The position numbers and the translations under genes were made by a program. A DNA stretch of 26,625 bases from Utricularia gibba (taxonomy: Eukaryota > Plantae > Magnoliophyta), in assembly GCA_002189035.1 (NCBI GenBank), contig NEEC01000482.1:1-26625 (forward strand). Direction: 5' to 3'. Positions 1 to 10,900 of this stretch are shown here, in pieces; positions within the stretch are counted from its first letter, which is position 1; each line of letters starts with the position of its first letter. A model generated the notes under the pieces. The model had not been told where the DNA came from, did no database searches, and saw only the letters and a list, made by a program, of their open reading frames with translations.

Positions 1-85
1 TGAACTTCGTTCTGACCCAAGGTTCGGTCTGACTCCTTTGCCACATCGGGTCCTACTCGACGAAAATCGTGATGCAGTTATTGAA

Positions 86-92
86 GTTAGGA
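86..92 (+). other. Degenerate plant telomere-like motif GTTAGGA, repeated in every monomer; TTTTGGG also occurs near the monomer end
   Basis: GTTAGGA matches 5/7 and TTTTGGG matches 6/7 of TTTAGGG, both on the G+T-rich + strand. These are short motifs and could be chance. Confidence 0.35.
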
Positions 93-184
93 TTCATGAG
101 CACCCAAAATGGTTTTCTCACCGCATGCTTTATATTTGATAAGGCGCTCTCGTGGGGCAACGGTATCGAGCAAAAGGTCGAGTC

Positions 185-190
185 GAGCTC
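185..190. other. SacI site (GAGCTC), one per monomer in most copies; HindIII (AAGCTT, 279-284) is also once per monomer
   Basis: Read directly from the sequence. The SacI site is mutated to GGGCTC in monomers at 4815, 6054, 9757, 15912 and 25131. Confidence 0.95.
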
Positions 191-3100
191 GGCCCATAGT
201 CATTTGTAGCTCGGCAAAAAACTTGATGCATTTATTAACGTTGGTTTTAATAGGCTGCCTACATGGTTTCTCAAGGAAAAGCTTGTCGTTTTGGCGGGTG
301 ATGTCGTTGGGAACTTCGTTCTGACCCAAGGTTCGGTCTGACTCCTTTGCCACATCGGTCCTACTCGACGAAAATCGTGATGCAGTTATTGAAGTTAGGA
401 TTCATGAGCACCCAAAATGGTTTTCTCAACCGCATGCTTTATATTTGATAAGGCACTCTCGTGGGGCAACGGTATCGAGCAGGGGTCGAGTCGAGCTCGG
501 GCCCATAGTCATTTGTAGCTCGGCAAAAAACTTGATGCATTTATTAACGTTGGTTTTAATAGGCTGCCTAATGGTTTTCTCAAGGAAAAGCTTGTCGTTT
601 TGGGCGGGTGATGTCGTTGTGAACTTCGTTCTGACCCAAGGTTCGGTCTGACTCCTTTGCCACATCGGGTCCTACTCGACGAAAATCGTGATGCAGTTAT
701 TGAAGTTAGGATTTCATGAGCACCCAAAATGGTTTTCTCAACCGCATGCTTTATATTTGATAAGGCGCTCTCGTGGGGCAACGGTATCGAGCAGGAGGTC
801 GAGTCGAGCTCGGGCCCATAGTCATTTGTAGCTCGGCAAAAAACTTGATGCATTTATTAACGTTGGTTTTAATAGGCTGCCTCAATGGTTTTCAAGGAAA
901 AGCTTGTCGTTTTTGGCGGGTGATGTCGTTGGAACTTCGTTCTGACCCAAGGTTCGGTCTGACTCCTTTGCCACATCGGGTCCTACTCGACGAAAATCGT
1001 GATGCAGTTATTGAAGTTAGGATTCATGAGCACCCAAAATGGTTTTCTCAACCGCATGCTTTATATTTGAGGAGGCGCTCTAGTGGGGCAACGGTATCGG
1101 CAGAGGTCGAGTCGCTCGGTCCCATAGTCATTTGTAGCTCGGCAAAAAAAATGATGCATTTATTAACGTTGGTTTTAATAGGCTGCTACATGGTTTTCAA
1201 AGGAAAAGCTTGTCGTTTTGGCGGGTGATGTCGTTGGGAACTTCGTTCCCAAGGTTCCTCTCCTTTGCCAATCGGTCCTACTCGACGAAAATCGTGATGC
1301 AGTTATTGAAGTTAGGATTTCATGAGCACCCAAAATGGTTTTCTCAACGCATGCTTTATATTTGAGGAGGCGCTCTTGGGGCAACGGTATCGAGCAGGAG
1401 GTCGAGTCGAGCTCGGGCCCATAGTCATTTGTAGCTCGGCAAAAAAATGATGCATTTATTAACGTTGGGTTTTAATAGGCTGCCTACATGGTTTCTCAAG
1501 GAAAAGCTTGTCGTTTTGGGCGGGTGATGTCGTTGTGAACTTCGTTCTGACCAAGGTTCGGTCTGACTCCTTTGCCACATCGGGTCCTACTCGACGAAAA
1601 TCGTGATGCAGTTATTGAAGTTAGGATTCATGAGCACCCAAAATGGTTTTCTCAACCGCATGCTTTATATTTGATAAGGCGCTCTCGTGGGGCAACGGTA
1701 TCGGCAGGTCGAGTCGAGCTCGGTCCCATTCATTTGTAGCTCCGGCAAAAAATGATGCATTTATTAACGTTGGGTTTTAATAGGCTGCCTACATGGTTTC
1801 TCAAGGAAAAGCTTGTCGTTTTTGGCGGGTGATGTCGTTGGGAACTTCGTTCTGACCAAGGTTCGGTCTGACTCCTTTGCCACATCGGGTCCTACTCGAC
1901 GAAAATCGTGATGCAGTTATTGAAGTTAGGATTCATGAGCACCCAAAATGGTTTTCTCAACCGCATGCTTTATATTTGATAAGGCACTCTCGTGGGGCAA
2001 CGGTATCGAGCAGGAGGTCGAGTCGAGCTCGGCCCATAGTCATTTGTAGCTCGGCAAAAAACTTGATGCATTTATTAACGTTGGTTTTAATAGGCTGCCT
2101 CAATGGTTTCTCAAGGAAAAGCTTGTCGTTTTTGGGCGGGTGATGTCGTTGTGAACTTCGTTCTGACCAAGGTTCGGTCTGACTCCTTTGCCACATCGGG
2201 TCCTACTCGACGAAAATCGTGATGCAGTTATTGAAGTTAGGATTCATGAGCACCCAAAATGGTTTTCAACCGCATGCTTTATATTTGATAAGGCGCTCTC
2301 GTGGGGCAACGGTATCGAGCAGGAGGTCGAGTCGAGCTCGGGCCCATAGTCATTTGTAGCTCGGCAAAAAAATTGATGCATTTATTAACGTTGGTTTATT
2401 AGGCTGCTACATAGTTTCTCAAGGAAAAGCTTGTCGTTTTTGGGCGGGTGATGTCGTTGGGAACTTCGTTCTGACCAAGGTTTGTCTGACTCCTTTGCCA
2501 CATCGGGTCCTACTCGACGAAAATCGTGATGCAGTTATTGAAGTTAGGATTCATGAGCACCCAAAATGGTTTTCTCAACCGCATGCTTTATATTTGATAA
2601 GGCGCTCTCGTGGGGCAACGGTATCGAGCAGGAGGTCGAGTCGAGCTCGGCCCATAGTCATTTGTAGCTCGGCAAAAACTTGATGCATTTATTAACGTTG
2701 GTTTTAATAGGCGCCTCAATGGTTTTCTCAAGGAAAAGCTTGTCGTTTTTGGGCGGTGATGTCGTTGTGAACTTCGTTCTGACCCAAGGTTCGGTCTGAC
2801 TCCTTTGCCACATCGGGTCCTACTCGACGAAAATCGTGATGCAGTTATTGAAGTTAGGATTCATGAGCACCCAAAATGGTTTTCTCAACGCATGCTTTAT
2901 ATTTGATAAGGCACTCTCGTGGGGCAACGGTATCGAGCAGGAGGTCGAGTCGAGCTCGGGCCATAGTCATTTGTAGCTCGGCAAAAAACTTGATGCATTT
3001 ATTAACGTTGGTTTTAATAGGCTGCCTCAATGGTTTTCTCAAGGAAAAGCTTGTCGTTTTTGGGCGGTGATGTCGTTGTGAACTTCGTTCTGACCCAAGG

Positions 3101-4318
3101 TTCGGTCTGACTCCTTTGCCACATCGGGTCCTACTCGACGAAAATCGTGATGCAGTTATTGAAGTTAGGATTCATGAGCACCCAAAATGGTTTTCTCAAC
3201 CGCATGCTTTATATTTGATAAGGCCTCTCGTGGGGCAACGGTATCGAGCAGGAGGTCGAGTCGAGCTCGGGCCATAGTCATTTGTAGCTCGGCAAAAAAC
3301 TTGATGCATTTATTAACGTTGGTTTTAATAGGCTGCCTACATGGTTTTCTCAAGGAAAAGCTTGTCGTTTTTGGGCGGGTGATGTCGTTGTGAACTTCGT
3401 TCGACCCAAGGTTCGTCTGACTCCTTTGCCACATCGGGTCCTACTCGACGAAAATCGTGATGCAGTTATTGAAGTTAGGATCATGAGCACCCAAAATGGT
3501 TTTCTCAACCGCATGCTTTATATTTGATAAGGCACTCTCGTGGGGCAACGGTATCGAGCAGGAGGTCGAGTCGAGCTCGGGCCCATAGTCATTTGTAGCT
3601 CGGCAAAAAAAATTGATGCATTTATTAACGGGTTTTTAATAGGCTGCCTCAATGGTTTTCTCAAGGAAAAGCTTGTCGTTTTTGGGCGGTGATGTCGTTG
3701 TGAACTTCGTTCTGACCAAGGTTCGTCTGACTCCTTTGCCACATCGGGTCCTACTCGACGAAAATCGTGATGCAGTTATTGAAGTTAGGATTCATGAGCA
3801 CCCAAAATGGTTTTCTCAACCGCATGCTTTATATTTGATAAGGCACTCTCGTGGGGCAACGGTATCGAGCAGGAGGTCGAGTCGAGCTCGGGCCCATAGT
3901 CATTTGTAGCCGGCAAAAAACTTGATGCATTTATTAACGTTGGTTTTAATAGGCTGCCTCAATGGTTTCTCAAGGAAAAGCTTGTCGTTTTTGGGCGGTG
4001 ATGTCGTTGGAACTTCGTTCTGACCCAAGGTTCGGTCTGACTCCTTTGCCACATCGGTCCTACTCGACGAAAATCGTGATGCAGTTATTGAAGTTAGGAT
4101 TTCATGAGCACCCAAAATGGTTTTCTCAACCGCATGCTTTATATTTGAGGAGGCGCTCTAGTGGGGCAACGGTATCGGGCAGGAGGTCGAGTCGAGCTCG
4201 GTCCCATAGTCATTTGTAGCTCGGCAAAAAAATGATGCATTTATTAACGTTGGGTTTTAATAGGCTGCCTACATGGTTTCTCAAGGAAAAGCTTGTCGTT
4301 TTGGCGGGTGATGTCGTT

Positions 4319-4660
4319 GGAACTTCGTTCTGACCAAGGTTCGGTCTGACTCCTTTGCCACATCGGGTCCTACTCGACGAAAATCGTGATGCAGTTATTG
4401 AAGTTAGGATTCATGAGCACCCAAAATGGTTTTCTCAACCGCATGCTTTATATTTGATAGGCGCTCTCGTGGGGCAACGGTATCGAGCAGGAGGTCGAGT
4501 CGAGCTCGGGCCCATAGTCATTTGTAGCTCGGCAAAAAACTTGATGCATTTATTAACGTTGGTTTTAATAGGCTGCCTCAATGGTTTCTCAAGGAAAAGC
4601 TTGTCGTTTTTGGGCGGGTGATGTCGTTGTGAACTTCGTTCTGACCCAAGGTTCGGTCTG
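4319..4660. repeat. 342-bp block identical to 6179-6520
   Basis: Base-by-base comparison shows no differences, including the short-homopolymer states GACCAAGG, GATAGGCG and GGTTTCTC. Confidence 0.95.
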
Positions 4661-4941
4661 TCTCCTTTGCCAAATCTGGTCCTACTCGACGAAAATCGTG
4701 ATGCAGTTATTGAAGTTAGGATTTCATGAGCACCCAAAATGGTTTTCTCAATCGCATGCTTTGTATTTGAGGAGGCGCTCTAGTGGGGCACGGTATCGGG
4801 CAAAAGGTCGAGTCGGGCTCGGCCCATAGTCATTTGTAGCTCGGCAAAAAAGTGATGCATTTATTAACGTTGGGTTTTAATAGGCTGCCTACATGGTTTC
4901 TCAAGGAAAAGCTTGTCGTTTTTGGCGGGTGATGTCGTTGG
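4631..4941. repeat. Divergent 'D' monomer variant; other copies start at 5872, 9573 and 15734, with a related copy at 24954
   Basis: Linked alleles: CTGTCTCC, GCCAAATCTGG, GATTTCAT, AATCGCATGCTTTGTAT, GAGGAGG, CTCTAGT, GGGGCACGG, (G)GCAAAAGG and GTCGGGCTC (SacI lost). Confidence 0.9.
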
Positions 4942-7900
4942 GAACTTCGTTCTGACCAAGGTTCGGTCTGACTCCTTTGCCACATCGGTCCTACTCGACG
5001 AAAATCGTGATGCAGTTATTGAAGTTAGGATTCATGAGCACCCAAAATGGTTTTCTCAACGCATGCTTTATATTTGATAAGGCACTCTCGTGGGGCAACG
5101 GTATCGAGCAGGAGGTCGAGTCGAGCTCGGGCCCATAGTCATTTGTAGCTCGGCAAAAAAATTGATGCATTTATTAACGTTGGTTTTATTAGGCTGCCTA
5201 CATGTTTTCAAGGAAAAGCTTGTCGTTTTTGGGCGGGTGATGTCGTTGGGAACTTCGTTCTGACCAAGGTTCGTCTGACTCCTTTGCCACATCGGGTCCT
5301 ACTCGACGAAAATCGTGATGCAGTTATTGAAGTTAGGATTCATGAGCACCCAAAATGGTTTTCTCAACCGCATGCTTTATATTTGATAAGGCACTCTCGT
5401 GGGGCAACGGTATCGAGCAGGAGGTCGAGTCGAGCTCGGCCCATAGTCATTTGTAGCTCGGCAAAAAACTTGATGCATTTATTAACGTTGGTTTTAATAG
5501 GCTGCCTCAAGGTTTTCTCAAGGAAAAGCTTGTCGTTTTTGGGCGGGTGATGTCGTTGGAACTTCGTTCTGACCCAAGGTTCGTCTGACTCCTTTGCCAC
5601 ATCGGGTCCTACTCGACGAAAATCGTGATGCAGTTATTGAAGTTAGGATTCATGAGCACCCAAAATGGTTTTCTCAACCGCATGCTTTATATTTGATAAG
5701 GCACTCTCGTGGGGCAACGGTATCGAGCAGGAGGTCGAGTCGAGCTCGGGCCCATAGTCATTTGTAGCTCGGCAAAAAACTTGATGCATTTATTAACGGT
5801 TGGTTTTAATAGGCTGCCTCAATGGTTTTCTCAAGGAAAAGCTTGTCGTTTTTGGGCGGTGATGTCGTTGTGAACTTCGTTCTGACCCAGGTTCGGTCTG
5901 TCTCCTTTGCCAAATCTGGTCCTACTCGACGAAAATCGTGATGCAGTTATTGAAGTTAGGATTTCATGAGCACCCAAAATGGTTTTCTCAATCGCATGCT
6001 TTGTATTTGAGGAGGCGCTCTAGTGGGGCACGGTATCGGCAAAAGGTCGAGTCGGGCTCGGCCCATAGTCATTTGTAGCTCGCAAAAAAAGTGATGCATT
6101 TATTAACGTTGGGTTTTAATAGGCTGCCTACATGGTTTCTCAAGGAAAAGCTTGTCGTTTTTGGCGGGTGATGTCTTGGGAACTTCGTTCTGACCAAGGT
6201 TCGGTCTGACTCCTTTGCCACATCGGGTCCTACTCGACGAAAATCGTGATGCAGTTATTGAAGTTAGGATTCATGAGCACCCAAAATGGTTTTCTCAACC
6301 GCATGCTTTATATTTGATAGGCGCTCTCGTGGGGCAACGGTATCGAGCAGGAGGTCGAGTCGAGCTCGGGCCCATAGTCATTTGTAGCTCGGCAAAAAAC
6401 TTGATGCATTTATTAACGTTGGTTTTAATAGGCTGCCTCAATGGTTTCTCAAGGAAAAGCTTGTCGTTTTTGGGCGGGTGATGTCGTTGTGAACTTCGTT
6501 CTGACCCAAGGTTCGGTCTGACTCCTTTGCCAATCGGTCCTACTCGACGAAAATCGTGATGCAGTTATTGAAGTTAGGATTTCATGAGCACCCAAAATGG
6601 TTTTCTCAACGCATGCTTTATATTTGAGGAGGCGCTCTCGTGGGGCAACGGTATCGAGCAGGTCGAGTCGAGCTCGGCCCATAGTCATTTGTAGCCGCAA
6701 AAAAATTGATGCATTTATTAACGTTGGGTTTTAATAGGCTGCCTACATGGTTTCTCAAGGAAAAGCTTGTCGTTTTTGGCGGGTGATGTCGTTGGGAACT
6801 TCGTTCTGACCCAAGGTTCGGTCTGACTCCTTTGCCACATCGGTCCTACTCGACGAAAATCGTGATGCAGTTATTGAAGTTAGGATTTCATGAGCACCCA
6901 AAATGGTTTTCTCAACCGCATGCTTTATATTTGATAAGGCACTCTCGTGGGGCAACGGTATCGAGCAGGAGGTCGAGTCGAGCTCGGGCCCATAGTCATT
7001 TGTAGCTCGGCAAAAAAATTGATGCATTTATTAACGTTGGTTTTAATAGGCTGCCTACATGTTTTCTCAAGGAAAAGCTTGTCGTTTTTGGGCGGGTGAT
7101 GTCGTTGTGAACTTCGTTCTGACCCAAGGTTCGGTCTGACTCCTTTGCCACATCGGGTCCTACTCGACGAAAATCGTGATGCAGTTATTGAAGTTAGGAT
7201 TCATGAGCACCCAAAATGGTTTTCTCAACCGCATGCTTTATATTTGATAAGGCACTCTCGTGGGGCAACGGTATCGAGCAGGAGGTCGAGTCGAGCTCGG
7301 CCCATAGTCATTTGTAGCTCGGCAAAAAAATTGATGCATTTATTAACGAATAGGCTGCCTAATGGTTTTCTCAAGGAAAAGCTTGTCGTTTTTGGGCGGT
7401 GATGTCGTTGGAACTTCGTTCTGACCCAAGGTTCGGTCTGACTCCTTTGCCACATCGGGTCCTACTCGACGAAAATCGTGATGCAGTTATTGAAGTTAGG
7501 ATTCATGAGCACCAAAATGGTTTTCTCAACCGCATGCTTTATATTTGATAAGGCACTCTCGTGGGGCAACGGTATCGAGCAGGAGGTCGAGTCGAGCTCG
7601 GGCCCATAGTCATTTGTAGCTCGGCAAAAAACTTGATGCATTTATTAACGTTGGTTTTAATAGGCTGCCTCAATGGTTTCTCAAGGAAAAGCTTGTCGTT
7701 TTTGGGCGGGTGATGTCGTTGTGAACTTCGTTCTGACCCAAGGTTCGGTCTGACTCCTTTGCCAAATCGGTCCTACTCGACGAAAATCGTGATGCAGTTA
7801 TTGAAGTTAGGATTTCATGAGCACCCAAAATGGTTTTCTCAACGCATGCTTTATATTTGATAGGCGCTCTCGTGGGGCAACGGTATCGAGCAGGAGGTCG

Positions 7901-10900
7901 AGTCGAGCTCGGCCATAGTCATTTGTAGCTCGGCAAAAAACTTGATGCATTTATTAACGTTTTTAATAGGCCTCAATGGTTTTCTCAAGGAAAAGCTTGT
8001 CGTTTTTGGGCGGTGATGTCGTTGTGAACTTCGTTCTGACCAAGGTTCGGTCTGACTCCTTTGCCAAATCGGTCCTACTCGACGAAAATCGTGATGCAGT
8101 TATTGAAGTTAGGATTTCATGAGCACCCAAAATGGTTTTCTCAACGCATGCTTTATATTTGATAGGCGCTCTAGTGGGGCAACGGTATCGGGCAGGTCGA
8201 GTCGAGCTCGGCCCAGAGTCATTTGTAGCCCGGCAAAAAAATTGATGCATTTATTAACGTTGGGTTTTAATAGGCTGCCTACATGGTTTCTCAAGGAAAA
8301 GCTTGTCGTTTTTGGCGGGTGATGTCGTTGGAACTTCGTTCTGACCAAGGTTCGGTCTGACTCCTTTGCCACATCGGTCCTACTCGACGAAAATCGTGAT
8401 GCAGTTATTGAAGTTAGGATTCATGAGCACCCAAAATGGTTTTCTCAACGCATGCTTTATATTTGATAAGGCACTCTCGTGGGGCAACGGTATCGAGCAG
8501 GAGGTCGAGTCGAGCTCGGGCCCATAGTCATTTGTAGCTCGGCAAAAAACTTGATGCATTTATTAACGTTGGTTTTAATAGGCTGCCTCATGGTTTCTCA
8601 AGGAAAAGCTTGTCGTTTTTGGGCGGGTGATGTCGTTGGAACTTCGTTCTGACCCAAGGTTCGGTCTGACTCCTTTGCCACATCGGTCCTACTCGACGAA
8701 AATCGTGATGCAGTTATTGAAGTTAGGATTCATGAGCACCCAAAATGGTTTTCTCAACCGCATGCTTTATATTTGATAAGGCACTCTCGTGGGGCAACGG
8801 TATCGAGCAGGAGGTCGAGTCGAGCTCGGCCCATAGTCATTTGTAGCTCGGCAAAAAAACTTGATGCATTTATTAACGTTGGTTTTAATAGGCTGCCTAA
8901 TGGTTTCTCAAGGAAAAGCTTGTCGTTTTTGGGCGGGTGATGTCGTTGTGAACTTTTCGTTCTGACCCAAGGTTCGTCTGACTCCTTTGCCACATCGGGT
9001 CCTACTCGACGAAAATCGTGATGCAGTTATTGAAGTTAGGATTCATGAGCACCCAAAATGGTTTTCTCAACCGCATGCTTTATATTTGATAAGGCACTCT
9101 CGTGGGGCAACGGTATCGAGCAGGAGGTCGAGTCGAGCTCGGGCCCAGTCATTTGTAGCTCGGCAAAAAATTGATGCATTTATTAACGTTGGTTTTAATA
9201 GGCTGCCTACATGGTTTTCTCAAGGAAAAGCTTGTCGTTTTTGGCGGGTGATGTCGTTGGAACTTCGTTCGACCCAAGGTTCGGTCTGACTCCTTTGCCA
9301 CATCGGGTCCTACTCGACGAAAATCGTGATGCAGTTATTGAAGTTAGGATTCATGAGCACCCAAAATGGTTTTCTCAACCGCATGCTTTATATTTGATAA
9401 GGCACTCTCGTGGGGCAACGGTATCGAGCAGGAGGTCGAGTCGAGCTCGGGCCCATAGTCATTTGTAGCTCGGCAAAAAACTTGATGCATTTATTAACGG
9501 TTGGTTTTAATAGGCTGCCTCAATGGTTTTCTCAAGGAAAAGCTTGTCGTTTTTGGGCGGTGATGTCGTTGTGAACTTCGTTCTGACCCAAGGTTCGGTC
9601 TGTCTCCTTTGCCAAATCTGGTCCTACTCGACGAAAATCGTGATGCAGTTATTGAAGTTAGGATTTCATGAGCACCCAAAATGGTTTTCTCAATCGCATG
9701 CTTTGTATTTGAGGAGGCGCTCTAGTGGGGCACGGTATCGGGCAAAAGGTCGAGTCGGGCTCGGTCCCCATAGTCATTTGTAGCTCGGCAAAAAAATGAT
9801 GCATTTATAACGTTGGGTTTTAATAGGCTGCCTACATGGTTTTCTCAAGGAAAAGCTTGTCGTTTTTGGGCGGTGATGTCGTTGGGAACTTCGTTCGACC
9901 AAGGTTCGGTCTGACTCCTTTGCCACATCGGTCCTACTCGACGAAAATCGTGATGCATTATTGAAGTTAGGATGTCATGAGCACCCAAAATGGTTTTCTC
10001 AACGCATGCTTTATATTTGATAAGGCGCTCTCGTGGGGCAACGGTATCGAGCAGGAGGTCGAGTCGAGCTCGGGCCCATAGTCATTTGTAGCTCGGCAAA
10101 AAACTTGATGCATTTATTAACGTTGGTTTTAATAGGCTGCCTCAATGGTTTTCTCAAGGAAAAGCTTGTCGTTTTTGGGCGGGTGATGTCGTTGTGAACT
10201 TCGTTCTGACCCAAGGTTCGTCTGACTCCTTTGCCACATCGGGTCCTACTCGACGAAATCGTGATGCAGTTATTGAAGTTAGGATATCATGAGCACCCAA
10301 AATGGTTTTCTCAACCGCATGCTTTATATTTGATAAGGCACTCTCGTGGGGCAACGGTATCGAGCAGGAGGTCGAGTCGAGCTCGGGCCCATAGTCATTT
10401 GTAGCTCGGCAAAAAACTTGATGCATTTATTAACGTTGGTTTTAATAGGCTGCCTAATGGTTTCTCAAGGAAAAGCTTGTCGTTTTTGGGCGGTGATGTC
10501 GTTGTGAACTTCGTTCTGACCAAGGTTCGTCTGACTCCTTTGCCACATCGGGTCCTACTCGACGAAAATCGTGATGCAGTTATTGAAGTTAGGATTTCAT
10601 GAGCACCCAAAATGGTTTTCTCAACCGCATGCTTTATATTTGAGGAGGCGCTCTCGTGGGGCAACGGTATCGAGCAGGAGGTCGAGTCGAGCTCGGGCCC
10701 AGAGTCATTTGTAGCCGGCAAAAAACTTGATGCATTTATTAACGTTGGTTTTAATAGGCTGCCTACATGTTTTCTCAAGGAAAAGCTTGTCGTTTTGGCG
10801 GGTGATGTCGTTGGAACTTCGTTCTGACCAAGGTTCGGTCTGACTCCTTTGCCACATCGGTCCTACTCGACGAAAATCGTGATGCAGTTATTGAAGTTAG

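Larger units (their letters stand above)
1..309. repeat. First representative monomer, made of two diverged ~156-158 bp subunits
   Basis: Block 55-88 (ACTCGACGAAAATCGTGATGCAGTTATTGAAGTT) aligns without gaps to 209-242 (GCTCGGCAAAAAACTTGATGCATTTATTAACGTT) at 26/34 identity. ATGGTTTT CTCA at 109-120 recurs as ATGGTTTCTCAA at 263-274. In the consensus the two offsets are 156 and 158 bp. Confidence 0.9.
4010..9885. repeat. Approximate 6-monomer higher-order repeat (~1.85 kb period)
   Basis: Divergent monomers (GATTTCAT, usually with GAGGAGG, CTCTAGT and/or GCCAAAT) start at 4010, 5872, 7723 and 9573, spacings 1862, 1851 and 1850. They are separated by runs of 3-4 AGGCAC-type monomers. 4319-4660 equals 6179-6520 exactly (offset 1860). 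Confidence 0.65.

Noticed and set aside
2-12. GAACTTCGTTC as a heat-shock element or hairpin
   Set aside because: The GAA-TTC spacing is one base rather than the two an HSE needs, and the stem is only 4 bp.
12-80. Hammerhead ribozyme, as carried by some transcribed satellites
   Set aside because: The CTGA words on the + strand continue CTGACCC, CTGACTC or CTGTCTC rather than CTGANGA, and I found no TCNTCAG for a minus-strand core.
94-284. Cluster of 6-bp palindromes per consensus monomer (TCATGA, GCATGC, GAGCTC, GGGCCC, ATGCAT, AACGTT, AAGCTT)
   Set aside because: Seven seen against about five expected by chance in 314 bp, which is not a meaningful excess.
1-314. 5S rDNA or tRNA/SINE-derived tandem unit (similar unit size; GGTTCGGTC resembles a Pol III B box)
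   Set aside because: No 5S rRNA sequence is recognisable on either strand. GGTTCGGTCTG does not fit GGTTCGANTCC, and there is no A box or cloverleaf.
10283-10288. Single GATATC (EcoRV) variant, and GATGTCAT variants at about 9971, 11209 and 24730, at the GATT(T)CAT column
   Set aside because: These are isolated point variants at an already polymorphic site, useful as markers at most.
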